Below are positions 40,801 to 54,860 of a stretch of DNA of 64,000 nucleotides, one piece after another. The stretch covers positions 20,770,001-20,834,000 of the forward strand of contig OZ059895.1 in NCBI GenBank assembly GCA_964057225.1, read 5' to 3'. This DNA is from Auanema rhodensis. Its lineage: Eukaryota; Animalia; Nematoda. The notes beneath the pieces are model-generated. The model searched no databases, had not been told where the DNA came from, and saw only the letters and a program-made list of their open reading frames with translations. Position numbers and translations under genes: made by a program. The first letter of the stretch is position 1. Each line of letters begins with the position of its first letter.

Positions 40801-43800
40801 AAAGAGATGCGGTTTTCAAAATAGATTCCCCATTTCCATATTAGTCTAAAAACAAATTTTTATTGATATTGGTGCATGGCAACCATGACTTTGAAATTTA
40901 CGTGAACTTTAATTTATGCTTATTAAGTGTACACGTGATGTGCACTTGGTATGTAACTCGCTTCACGTGAAAGATGAAGAGATGCGGTTTTCAAAATTAG
41001 ATTCCCCATGTCCATATTAGTCTAAAAACAAATTTTTGTTGATATTGGTGGATGGTAACCATGACTTTGAAATTTACGTGAACTTTAATTTATGCTAATT
41101 AAGTGTACACATGATGTGCACTTGGTATGTAACTCGCTTCAAGTCAAAGATAAAGAGATGCGGTTTTCAAAATTAGATTCCCCATGTCCATATTAGTCTA
41201 AAAACAAATTTTTATTAATATTGGTGCATGGTAACCATGACTTTGAAATTTACGTGAACTTTAATTTATGCTAATTAAGTGTACACATGATGTGCACTTG
41301 GTATGTAACTCGCTTCACGTGAAAGATAAAGAGATGCGGTTTTCCAAATTAGATTTCGCATGTCCATATTAGTCTAAAAACAAATTTTTATTGATATTGG
41401 TGCATGGTAACCATGACTTTGAAATTTACGTGAACTTTAATTTATGCTAATTAAGTGTACACATGATGTGCACTTGGTATGTAACTCGCTTCACGTGAAA
41501 GATGAAGAGATGCGGTTTTCAAAATTAGATTCCTCATGTCCATATTAGTCTAAAAACGAATTTTTATTGATATTGATGCATGGTAACCATGACTTTGAAA
41601 TTTACGTGAACTTTAATTTATGCTAATTAAGTGTACACATGATGTGCACTTGGTATGTAACTCGCTTCACGTCACAGATAAAGAGATGCGGTTTTCAAAA
41701 TTAGATTCCCCATGTCCATATTAGTTTAAAAACGAATTTTTATTGATATTGGTGAATGGTAACCATGACTTTAAAATTTACGTGAACTTCAATTTATGCT
41801 AATTAAGTGTACACGTGATGTGCACTTGGTATGTAACTCGCTTCACGTGAAAGATAAAGGGATGCGGTTTTCAAAATTAGATTCCCCATGTCCATATTAG
41901 TCTAAAAACAAATTTTTATTGATATTGATGCATGGTAACCATGACTTTAAAATTTACGTGAACTTCAATTTATGCTAATTAAGTGTACACGTGATGTGCA
42001 CTTGGTATGTAACTCGCTTCACGTGAAAGATGAAGAGATGCGGTTTTCAAAATTAGATTCCTCATGTCCATATTAGTCTAAAAACGAATTTTTATTGATA
42101 TTGATGCATGGTAACCATGACTTTGAAATTTACGTGAACTTTAATTTATGCTTATTAAGTGTACACGTGATGTGCACTTGGTATGTAACTCGCTTCACGT
42201 GAAATATAAAGGGATGCGGTTTTCAAAATTAGATTTCGCATGTCCATATTAGTCTAAAAACAAATTTTTATTGATATTGGTGCATGGTAACCATGACTTT
42301 GAAATTTACGTGAACTTTAATTTATGCTAATTAAGTGTACACATGATGTGCACTTGGTATGTAACTCGCTTCACGTGAAAGATAAAGAGATGCGGTTTTC
42401 ATAATTAGATTCCCCATTTCCATATTAGTCTAAAAACAAATTTTTAGTAATATTGGTGCATGGTAACCATGACTTTGAAATTTACGTGAACTTTAATTTA
42501 TGCTAATTAAGTGTACACATGATGTGCACTTGGTATGTAACTCGCTTCACGTGAAAGATGAAGAGATGCGGTTTTCAAAATTAGATTCCCCATGTCCATA
42601 TTAGTCTAAAAACAAATTTTTATTAATATTGGTGCATGGTAACCATGACTTTGAAATTTACGTGAACTTTAATTTATGCTAATTAAGTGTACACATGATG
42701 TGCACTTGGTATGTAACTCGCTTCACGTGAAAGATAAAGAGATGCGGTTTTCCAAATTAGATTTCGCATGTCCATATTAGTCTAAAAACAAATTTTTATT
42801 GATATTGGTGCATGGTAACCATGACTTTGAAATTTACGTGAACTTTAATTTATGCTAATTAAGTGTACACATGATGTGCACTTGGTATGTAACTCGCTTC
42901 ACGTGAAAGATGAAGAGATGCGGTTTTCAAAATTAGATTCCTCATGTCCATATTAGTCTAAAAACGAATTTTTATTGATATTGGTGCATGGTAACCATGA
43001 CTTTGAAATTTACGTGAACTTTAATTCATGTTTATTAAGTGTACACGTGATGTGCACTTGGTATGTAACTCGCTTCACGTGAAAGATAAAGAGATGCGGT
43101 TTTCAAAATTAGATTCCCCATTTCCATATTAGTCTAAAAACAAATTTTTATTGATATTGGTGCATGGCAACCATGACTTTAAAATTTACGTGAACTTTTA
43201 TTTATGCTAATTAAGTGTACACATGATGTGCACTTGGTATGTAACTCGTTTCACGTCAAAGATAAAGAGATGCGGTTTTCAAAATTGGATTCCCCATGTC
43301 CATATTAGTCTAAAAACAAATTTTTATTAATATTGGTGCATGGTAACCATGACTTTGAAATTTACGTGAACTTTAATTTATGCTAATTAAGTGTACACAT
43401 GATGTGCGCTTGGTATGTAACTCGTTTCACGTCAAAGATAAAGAGATGCGGTTTTCAAAATTGGATTCCCCATGTCCATATTAGTCTAAAAACAAATTTT
43501 TATTAATATTGGTGCATGGTAACCATGACTTTGAAATTTACGTGAACTTTAATTTATGCTAATTAAGTGTACACATGATGTGCGCTTGGTATGTAACTCG
43601 CTTCACGTGAAAGATAAAGAGATGCGGTTTTCAAAATTAGATTCCCCATTTCCATATTAGTCTAAAAACAAATTTTTATTAATATTGGTGCATGGTAACC
43701 ATGACTTTGAAATTTACGTGAACTTTAATTTATGCTAATTAAGTGTACACATGATGTGCACTTGGTATGTAACTCGTTTCACGTCAAAGATGAAGAGATG

Positions 43801-45249
43801 CGGTTTTCAAAATTGGATTCCCCATGTCTATATTAGTCTAAAAACAAATTTTTATTAATATTGGTGCATGGTAACCATGACTTTGAAATTTACGTGAACT
43901 TTAATTTATGCTAATTAAGTGTACACATGATGTGCACTTGGTATGTAACTCGCTTCACGTGAAAGATGAAGAGATGCGGTTTTCAAAATTAGATTCCCCA
44001 TGTCCATATTAGTCTAAAAACAAATTTTTATTAATATTGGTGCATGGCAACCATGACTTTAAAATTTACGTGAACTTTAATTTATGCTAATTAAGTGTAC
44101 ACATGATGTGCACTTGGTATGTAACTCGCTTCACGTGAAAGATAAAGAGATGCGGTTTTCAAAATAGATTCCCCATTCCCATATTAGTCTAAAAACAAAT
44201 TTTTATTGATATTGGTGCATGGCAACCATGACTTTAAAATTTACGTGAACTTTAATTTATGCTAATTAAGTGTACACATGATGTGCACTTGGTATGTAAC
44301 TCGCTTCACGTCAAAGATAAAGAGAAGAGGTTTTCAAAATTAGATTCCCCATGTCAATATTAGTCTAAAAACAAATTTTTATTAATATTGGTGCATGGTA
44401 ACCATGACTTTGAAATTTACGTGAACTTTAATTTATGCTAATTAAGTGTACACATGATGTGCGCTTGGTATGTAACTCGCTTCACGTGAAAGATAAAGAG
44501 ATGCGGTTTTCATAATTAGATTCCTCATTTCCATATTAGTCTAAAAACAAATTTTTATTAATATTGGTGCATGGTAACCATGACTTTGAAATTTACGTGA
44601 ACTTTAATTTATGCTAATTAAGTGTACACATGATGTGCACTTGGTATGTAACTCGCTTCACGTGAAAGATGAAGAGATGCGGTTTTCAAAATTAGATTCC
44701 CCATGTCCATATTAGTCTAAAAACAAATTTTTATTAATATTGGTGCATGGTAACCATGACTTTGAAATTTACGTGAACTTTAATTTATGCTAATTAAGTG
44801 TACACATGATGTGCACTTGGTATGTAACTCGCTTCACGTGAAAGATAAAGAGATGCGGTTTTCCAAATTAGATTTCGCATGTCCATATTAGTCTAAAAAC
44901 AAATTTTTATTGATATTGGTGCATGGTAACCATGACTTTGAAATTTACGTGAACTTTAATTTATGCTAATTAAGTGTACACATGATGTGCACTCGGTATG
45001 TAACTCGCTTCACGTGAAAGATGAAGAGATGCGGTTTTCAAAATTAGATTCCTCATGTCCATATTAGTCTAAAAACGAATTTTTATTGATATTGGTGCAT
45101 GGTAACCATGACTTTGAAATTTACGTGAACTTTAATTTATGCTTATTAAGTGTACACGTGATGTGCACTTGGTATGTAACTCGCTTAACGTGAAATATAA
45201 AGGAATGCGGTTTTCAAAATTAGATTCCCCATGTCCATATTAGTCTAAA

Positions 45250-47125
45250 AACAAATTTTTATTGATATTGGTGCATGGTAACCATGACTTTAAAATTTAC
45301 GTGAACTTTAATTTATGCTAATTAAGTGTACACATGATGTGCACTTGGTATGTAACTCGCTTCACGTCAAAGATAAAGAGATGCGGTTTTCAAAATTAGA
45401 TTCCCCATGTCCATATTAGTCTAAAAACAAATTTTTATTAATATTGGTGCATGGTAACCATGACTTTGAAATTTACGTGAAGTTTAATTTATGCTTATTA
45501 AGTGTACACGTGATGTGCACTTGGTATGTAACTCGCTTCACGTGAAATATAAAGGGATGCGGTTTTCAAAATTAGATTCCCCATGTCCATATTAGTCTAA
45601 AAACAAATTTTTATTGATATTGGTGCATGGTAACCATGACTTTGAAATTAACGTGAACTTTAATTTATGCTAATTAAGTGTACACATGATGTGCACTTGG
45701 TATGTAACTCGCTTCACGTCAAAGATAAAGAGATGCGGTTTTCAAAATTAGATTCCCCATGTCCATATTAGTCTAAAAACAAATTTTTATTAATATTGGT
45801 GCATGGTAACCATGACTTTGAAATTTACGTGAACTTTAATTTATGCTAATTAAGTGTACACGTGATGTGCACTTGGTATTTAACTCGCTTCACGTGAAAG
45901 ATAAAGAGATGCGGTTTTCAAAATTAGATTCCCCATGTCCATATTAGTCTAAACACAAATTTTTATTGATATTGGTGCATGGTAACCATGACTTTGAAAT
46001 TTACGTGAACTTTAATTTATGCTAATTAAGTGTACACGTGATGTGCTCTTGGTATGTAACTCGCTTCACGTGAAAGATAAAGAGATGCGGTTTTCAAAAT
46101 TAGATTCCCCATTTCCATATTAGTCAAAAAACAAATTTTTATTGATATTGGTGCATGGCAACCATGACTTTAAAATTTACGTGAACTTTAATTTATGCTA
46201 ATTAAGTGTACACATGATGTGCACTTGGTATGTAACTCGCTTCACGTCAAAGATAAAGAGATGCGGTTTTCAAAATTAGATTCCCCATGTCCATATTAGT
46301 CTAAAAACAAATTTTTATTGATATTGGTGCATGGTAACCATGACTTTAAAATTTACGTGAACTTTAATTTATGCTAATTAAGTGTACACATGATGTGCAC
46401 TTGGTATGTAACTCGCTTCACGTCAAAGATAAAGAGATGCGGTTTTCAAAATTAGATTCCCCATGTCCATATTAGTCTAAAAACAAATTTTTATTAATAT
46501 TGGTGCATGGTAACCATGACTTTGAAATTTACGTGAAGTTTAATTTATGCTTATTAAGTGTACACGTGATGTGCACTTGGTATGTAACTCGCTTCACGTG
46601 AAATATAAAGGGATGCGGTTTTCAAAATTAGATTCCCCATGTCCATATTAGTCTAAAAACAAATTTTTATTGATATTGGTGCATGGTAACCATGACTTTG
46701 AAATTAACGTGAACTTTAATTTATGCTAATTAAGTGTACACATGATGTGCACTTGGTATGTAACTCGCTTCACGTCAAAGATAAAGAGATGCGGTTTTCA
46801 AAATTAGATTCCCCATGTCCATATTAGTCTAAAAACAAATTTTTATTAATATTGGTGCATGGTAACCATGACTTTGAAATTTACGTGAACTTTAATTTAT
46901 GCTAATTAAGTGTACACGTGATGTGCACTTGGTATTTAACTCGCTTCACGTGAAAGATAAAGAGATGCGGTTTTCAAAATTAGATTCCCCATGTCCATAT
47001 TAGTCTAAACACAAATTTTTATTGATATTGGTGCATGGTAACCATGACTTTGAAATTTACGTGAACTTTAATTTATGCTAATTAAGTGTACACGTGATGT
47101 GCTCTTGGTATGTAACTCGCTTCAC
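45250..47125 (+). repeat. Partial tandem duplication with a 6-monomer (1056 bp) period
   Basis: GTGAAGTT at 45482/46538, GAAATTAACG at 45650/46706, GGTATTT at 45880/46936 and GTGCTCTT at 46047/47103; all offsets are 1056. Confidence 0.9.
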
Positions 47126-50100
47126 GTCAAAGATAAAGAGATGCGGTTTTCAAAATTAGATTCCCCATGTCCATATTAGTCTAAAAACAAATTTTTATTA
47201 ATATTGGTGCATGGTAACCATGACTTTGAAATTTACGTGAACTTTAATTTATGCTAATTAAGTGTACACATGATGTGCGCTTGGTATGTAACTCGCTTCA
47301 CGTGAAAGATAAAGAGATGCGGTTTTCAAAATTAGATTCCCCATTTCCATATTAGTCTAAAAACAAATTTTTATTGATATTGGTGCATGGCAACCATGAC
47401 TTTAAAATTTACGTGAACTTTAATTTATGCTAATTAAGTGTACACATGATGTGCACTTGGTATGTAACTCGTTTCACGTCAAAGATAAAGAGATGCGGTT
47501 TTCAAAATTGGATTCCCCATGTCCATATTAGTCTAAAAACAAATTTTTATTAATATTGATGCATGGTAACCATGACTTTGAAATTTACGTGAACTTTAAT
47601 TTATGCTAATTAAGTGTACACATGATGTGCACTTGGTATGTAACTCGCTTCACGTGAAATATAAAGGGATGCGGTTTTCAAAATTAGATTCCCCATGTCC
47701 ATATTAGTCTAAACACAAATTTTTATTGATATTGGTGCATGGTAACCATGACTTTGAAATTTACGTGAACTTTAATTTATGCTAATTAAGTGTACACGTG
47801 ATGTGCACTTGGTATGTAACTCGCTTCACGTGAAAGATAAAGAGATGCGGTTTTCAAAATTAGATTCCCCATTTCCATATTAGTCAAAAAACAAATTTTT
47901 ATTGATATTGGTGCATGGCAACCATGACTTTAAAATTTACGTGAACTTTAATTTATGCTAATTAAGTGTACACATGATGTGCACTTGGTATGTAACTCGC
48001 TTCACGTCAAAGATAAAGAGATGCGGTTTTCAAAATTAGATTCCCCATGTCCATATTAGTCTAAACACAAATTTTTATTAATATTGGTGCATGGTAACCA
48101 TGACTTTGAAATTTACGTGAACTTTAATTTATGCTGATTAAGTGTACACATGATGTGCGCTTGGTATGTAACTCGCTTCACGTGAAAGATAAAGAGATGC
48201 GGTTTTCAAAATTAGATTCCCCATTTCCATATTAGTCTAAAAACAAATTTTTATTGATATTGGTGCATGGCAACCATGACTTTAAAATTTACGTGAACTT
48301 TAATTTATGCTAATTAAGTGTACACATGATGTGCACTTGGTATGTAACTCGTTTCACGTCAAAGATAAAGAGATGCGGTTTTCAAAATTGGATTCCCCAT
48401 GTCCATATTAGTCTAAAAACAAATTTTTATTAATATTGATGCATGGTAACCATGACTTTGAAATTTACGTGAACTTTAATTTATGCTAATTAAGTGTACA
48501 CATGATGTGCACTTGGTATGTAACTCGCTTCACGTCAAAGATAAAGAGATGCGGTTTTCAAAATTAGATTCCCCATGTCCATATTAGTCTAAAAACAAAT
48601 TTTTATTGATATTGGTGCATGGTAACCATGACTTTGAAATTTACGTGAACTTTAATTTATGCTAATTAAGTGTACACATGATGTGCGCTTGGTATGTAAC
48701 TCGCTTCACGTCAAAGATAAAGAGATGCGGTTTTCAAAATTAGATTCCCCATGTCCATATTAGTCTAAAAACAAATTTTTATTGATATTGGTGCATGGTA
48801 ACCATGACTTTGAAATTTACGTGAACTTTAATTTATGCTAATTAAGTGTACACATGATGTGCACTTGGTATGTAACTCGCTTCAAGTGAAAGATAAAGAG
48901 ATGCGCTTTTCAAAATTAGATTTCGCATGTCCATATTAGTCTAAAAACAAATTTTTATTGATATTGGTGCATGGTAACCATGACTTTAAAATTTACGTGA
49001 ACTTTAATTTATGCTAATTAAGTGTACACATGATGTGCACTTGGTATGTAACTCGCTTCACGTCAAAGATAAAGAGATGCGGTTTTCAAAATTAGATTCC
49101 CCATGTCCATATTAGTCTAAAAACAAATTTTTATGAATATTGGTGCATGGTAACCATGACTTTGAAATTTACGTGAACTTTAATTTATGCTAATTAAGTG
49201 TACACATGATGTGCACTTGGTATGTAACTCGCTTCACGTCAAAGATAAAGAGATGCGGTTTTGAAAATTAGATTCCCCATGTCCATATTAGTCTAAAAAC
49301 AAATTTTTATTAATATTGGTGCATGGTAACCATGACTTTGAAATTTACGTGAACTTTAATTTATGCTAATTAAGTGTACACATGATGTGCACTTGGTATG
49401 TAACTCGCTTCACGTCAAAGATAAAGAGATGCGGTTTTCAAAATTAGATTCCCCATGTCCATATTAGTCTAAAAACAATTTTTTATCAATATTGGTGCAT
49501 GGTAACCATGACTTTGAAATTTACGTGAACTTTAATTTTTGCTAATTAAGTGTACACATGATGTGCACTTGGTATGTAACTCGCTTCACGTCAAAGATAA
49601 AGAGATGCGGTTTTCAAAATTAGATTCCCCATGTCCATATTAGTCTAAAAACAAATTTTTATTAATATTGGTGCATGGTAACCATGACTTTGAAATTTAC
49701 GTGAACTTTAATTTATGCTAATTAAGTGTACACATGATGTGCACTTGGTATGTAACTCGCTTCAAGTGAAAGATAAAGAGATGCGGTTTTCAAAATTAGA
49801 TTTCGCATGTCCATAATCAGTCTAAAAACAAATTTTTATTGATATTGGTGCATGGTAACCATGACTTTAAAATTTACGTGAACTTTAATTTATGCTAATT
49901 AAGTGTACACATGATGTGCACTTGGTATGTAACTCGCTTCACGTCAAAGATAAAGAGATGCGGTTTTCAAAATTAGATTCCCCATGTCCATATTAGTCTA
50001 AAAACAATTTTTTATCAATATTGGTGCATGGTAACCATGACTTTGAAATTTACGTGAACTTTAATTTATGCTAATTAAGTGTACAAATGATGTGCGCTTG

Positions 50101-50909
50101 GTATGTAACTCTCTTCACGTGAAAGATAAAGAGATGCGGTTTCCAAAATTAGATTCCTCATGTCCATATTAGTCTAAAAACGAATTTTTATTGATATTGG
50201 TGCATGGTAACCATGACTTTAAAATTTACGTGAACTTTAATTTATGCTAATTAAGTGTACACATGATGTGCACTTGGTATGTAACTTGCTTCACGTCAAA
50301 GATAAAGAGATGCGGTTTTCAAAATTAGATTCCCCATGTCCATTTTAGTCTAAAAACGAATTTTTATTGATATTGGTGGATGGTAACCATGACTTTAAAA
50401 CTTACGTGAACTTCAATTTATGCTAATTAAGTGTACACGTGATGTGCACTTGGTATGTAACTCGCTTCACGTGAAAGATAAAGAGATGCGGTTTTCAAAA
50501 TTAGATTCCTCATGTCCATATTAGTCTAAAAACGAATTTTTATTAATATTGGTGCATGGTAACCATGACTTTAAAATTTACGTGAACTTTAATTTATGCT
50601 AATTAAGTGTACACATGATGTGCACTTGGTATGTAACTCGCTTCACGTCAAAGATAAAGAGATGCGGTTTTCAAAATTAGATTCCCCATGTCCATGTTAG
50701 TCTAAAAACAAATTTCTATTAATATTGGTGCATGGTAACTATGACTTTGAAATTTACGTGAACTTTAATTTATGCTAATTAAGTGTACACATGATGTGCA
50801 CTTGGTATGTAACTCGCTTCAAGTGAAAGATAAAGAGATGCGCTTTTCAAAATTAGATTTCGCATGTCCATATTAGTCTAAAAACAAATTTTTATTGATA
50901 TTGGTGCAT

Positions 50910-51975
50910 GGTAACCATGACTTTAAAATTTACGTGAACTTTAATTTATGCTAATTAAGTGTACACATGATGTGCACTTGGTATGTAACTCGCTTCACGT
51001 CAAAGATAAAGAGATGCGGTTTTCAAAATTAGATTCCCCATGTCCATATTAGTCTAAAAACAAATTTTCATGAATATTGGTGCATGGTAACCATGACTTT
51101 GAAATTTACGTGAACTTTAATTTATGCTAATTAAGTGTACACATGATGTGCACTTGGTATGTAACTCGCTTCACGTCAAAGATAAAGAGATGCGGTTTTG
51201 AAAATTAGATTCCCCATGTCCATATTAGTCTAAAAACAAATTTTTATTAATATTGGTGCATGGTAACCATGACTTTGAAATTTACGTGAACTTTAATTTA
51301 TGCTAATTAAGTGTACACATGATGTGCACTTGGTAAGTAACTCGCTTCACGTCAAAGATAAAGAGATGCGGTTTTCAAAATTAGATTCCCCATGTCCATA
51401 TTAGTCTAAAAACAATTTTTTATCAATATTGGTGCATGGTAACCATGACTTTAAAATTTACGTGAACTTTAATTTATGCTAATTAAGTGTACACATGATG
51501 TGCACTTGGTATGTAACTCGCTTCACGTCAAAGATAAAGAGATGCGGTTTTCAAAATTAGATTCCCCATGTCCATATTAGTCTAAAAACAAATTTTCATG
51601 AATATTGGTGCATGGTAACCATGACTTTGAAATTTACGTGAACTTTAATTTATGCTAATTAAGTGTACACATGATGTGCACTTGGTATGTAACTCGCTTC
51701 ACGTCAAAGATAAAGAGATGCGGTTTTGAAAATTAGATTCCCCATGTCCATATTAGTCTAAAAACAAATTTTTATTAATATTGGTGCATGGTAACCATGA
51801 CTTTGAAATTTACGTGAACTTTAATTTATGCTAATTAAGTGTACACATGATGTGCACTTGGTAAGTAACTCGCTTCACGTCAAAGATAAAGAGATGCGGT
51901 TTTCAAAATTAGATTCCCCATGTCCATATTAGTCTAAAAACAATTTTTTATCAATATTGGTGCATGGTAACCATG
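50910..51975 (+). repeat. Tandem duplication of a 3-monomer block (528 bp x2)
   Basis: TTTTCATGAAT at 51069 and 51597, each followed by a TTTTGAAAA monomer and then a GGTAAGT monomer. Confidence 0.85.
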
Positions 51976-54860
51976 ACTTTGAAATTTACGTGAACTTTAA
52001 TTTTTGCTAATTAAGTGTACACGTGATGTGCACTTGGTATGTAACTCGCTTCACGTGAAAGATAAAGAGATGCGGTTTCCAAAATTAGATTCCCCATGTC
52101 CATATTAGTCTAAAAACAAATTTTTATTGATATTGGTGCATGGTAACCATGACTTTAAAATTTACGTGAACTTTAATTTATGCTAATTAAGTGTACACAT
52201 GATGTGCACTTGGTATGTAACTCGCTTCACGTCAAAGATAAAGAAATGCGGTTTTCAAAATTAGATTCCCCATGTCCATGTTAGTCTAAAAACAAATTTC
52301 TATTAATATTGGTGCATGGTAACTATGACTTTGAAATTTACGTGAACTTTAATTTATGCTAATTAAGTGTACACATGATGTGCACTTGGTATGTAACTCG
52401 CTTCAAGTGAAAGATAAAGAGATGCGCTTTTCAAAATTAGATTTCGCATGTCCATATTAGTCTAAAAACAAATTTTTATTGATATTGGTGCATGGTAACC
52501 ATGACTTTAAAATTTACGTGAACTTTAATTTATGCTAATTAAGTGTACACATGATGTGAACTTGGTATGTAACTCGCTTCACGTCAAAGATAAAGAGATG
52601 CGGTTTTCAAAATTAGATTCCCCATGTCCATATTAGTCTAAAAACAAATTTTTATTAATATTGGTGCATGGTAACCATGACTTTGAAATTTACGTGAACT
52701 TTAATTTATGCTAATTAAGTGTACACATGATGTGCACTTGGTATGTAACTCGCTTCACGTCAAAGATAAAAAGATGAGGTTTTCAAAATTAGATTCCCCA
52801 TGTCCATATTAGTCTAAAAACAAATTTTTATTAATATTGGTGCATGGTAACCATGACTTTGAAATTTACGTGAACTTTAATTTATGCTAATTAAGTGTAC
52901 ACATGATGTGCGCTTGGTATGTAACTCGCTTCACGTGAAAGATAAAGAGATGCGGTTTTCAAAATTAGATTCCTCATGTCCATATTAGTCTAAAAACGAA
53001 TTTTTATTGATATTGGTGCATGGCAACCATGACTTTAAAATTTACGTGAACTTTAATTTATGCTAATTAAGTGTACACATGATGTGCACTTGGTATGTAA
53101 CTCGCTTCACTCAAAGATAAAGAGATGCGGTTTTCAAAATTAGATTCCCCATGTCCATATTAGTCTAAAAACAAATTTTTATCAATATTGGTGCATGGTA
53201 ACTATGACTTTGAAATTTACGTGAACTTTAATTTATGCTAATTAAGTGTACACATGATGTGCACTTGGTATGTAACTCGCTTCACGTCAAAGATAAAGAG
53301 ATGCGGTTTTGAAAATTAGATTCCCCATGTCCATATTAGTCTAAAAACAATTTTTTATCAATATTGGTGCATGGTAACCATGACTTTGAAATTTACGTGA
53401 ACTTTAATTTATGCTAATTAAGTGTACACATGATGTGCACTTGGTAAGTAACTCGCTTCACGTCAAAGATAAAGAGATGCGGTTTTCAAAATTAGATTCC
53501 CCATGTCCATATTAGTCTAAAAACAATTTTTTATCAATATTGGTGCATGGTAACCATGACTTTGAAATTTACGTGAACTTTAATTTTTGCTAATTAAGTG
53601 TACACGTGATGTGCACTTGGTATGTAACTCGCTTCACGTGAAAGATAAAGAGATGCGGTTTCCAAAATTAGATTCCCCATGTCCATATTAGTCTAAAAAC
53701 AAATTTTTATTGATATTGGTGCATGGTAACCATGACTTTAAAATTTACGTGAACTTTAATTTATGCTAATTAAGTGTACACATGATGTGCACTTGGTATG
53801 TAACTCGCTTCACGTCAAAGATAAAGAAATGCGGTTTTCAAAATTAGATTCCCCATGTCCATGTTAGTCTAAAAACAAATTTCTATTAATATTGGTGCAT
53901 GGTAACTATGACTTTGAAATTTACGTGAACTTTAATTTATGCTAATTAAGTGTACACATGATGTGCACTTGGTATGTAACTCGCTTCAAGTGAAAGATAA
54001 AGAGATGCGCTTTTCAAAATTAGATTTCGCATGTCCATATTAGTCTAAAAACAAATTTTTATTGATATTGGTGCATGGTAACCATGACTTTAAAATTTAC
54101 GTGAACTTTAATTTATGCTAATTAAGTGTACACATGATGTGCACTTGGTATGTAACTCGCTTCACGTCAAAGATAAAGAGATGCGGTTTTCAAAATTAGA
54201 TTCCCCATGTCCATATTAGTCTAAAAACAAATTTTTATTAATATTGGTGCATGGTAACCATGACTTTGAAATTTACGTGAACTTTAATTTATGCTAATTA
54301 AGTGTACACATGATGTGCACTTGGTATGTAACTCGCTTCACGTCAAAGATAAAAAGATGAGGTTTTCAAAATTAGATTCCCCATGTCCATATTAGTCTAA
54401 AAACAAATTTTTATTAATATTGGTGCATGGTAACCATGACTTTGAAATTTACGTGAACTTTAATTTATGCTAATTAAGTGTACACATGATGTGCGCTTGG
54501 TATGTAACTCGCTTCACGTGAAAGATAAAGAGATGCGGTTTTCAAAATTAGATTCCTCATGTCCATATTAGTCTAAAAACGAATTTTTATTGATATTGGT
54601 GCATGGCAACCATGACTTTAAAATTTACGTGAACTTTAATTTATGCTAATTAAGTGTACACATGATGTGCACTTGGTATGTAACTCGCTTCACTCAAAGA
54701 TAAAGAGATGCGGTTTTCAAAATTAGATTCCCCATGTCCATATTAGTCTAAAAACAAATTTTTATCAATATTGGTGCATGGTAACTATGACTTTGAAATT
54801 TACGTGAACTTTAATTTATGCTAATTAAGTGTACACATGATGTGCACTTGGTATGTAACT
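51850..54860 (+). repeat. Tandem duplication with a 9-monomer (1583 bp) period
   Basis: AAGAAATGC at 52241/53824 and the 1-bp deletion TCACTC at 53107/54690; offset 1583 = 9x176-1. Confidence 0.85.
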
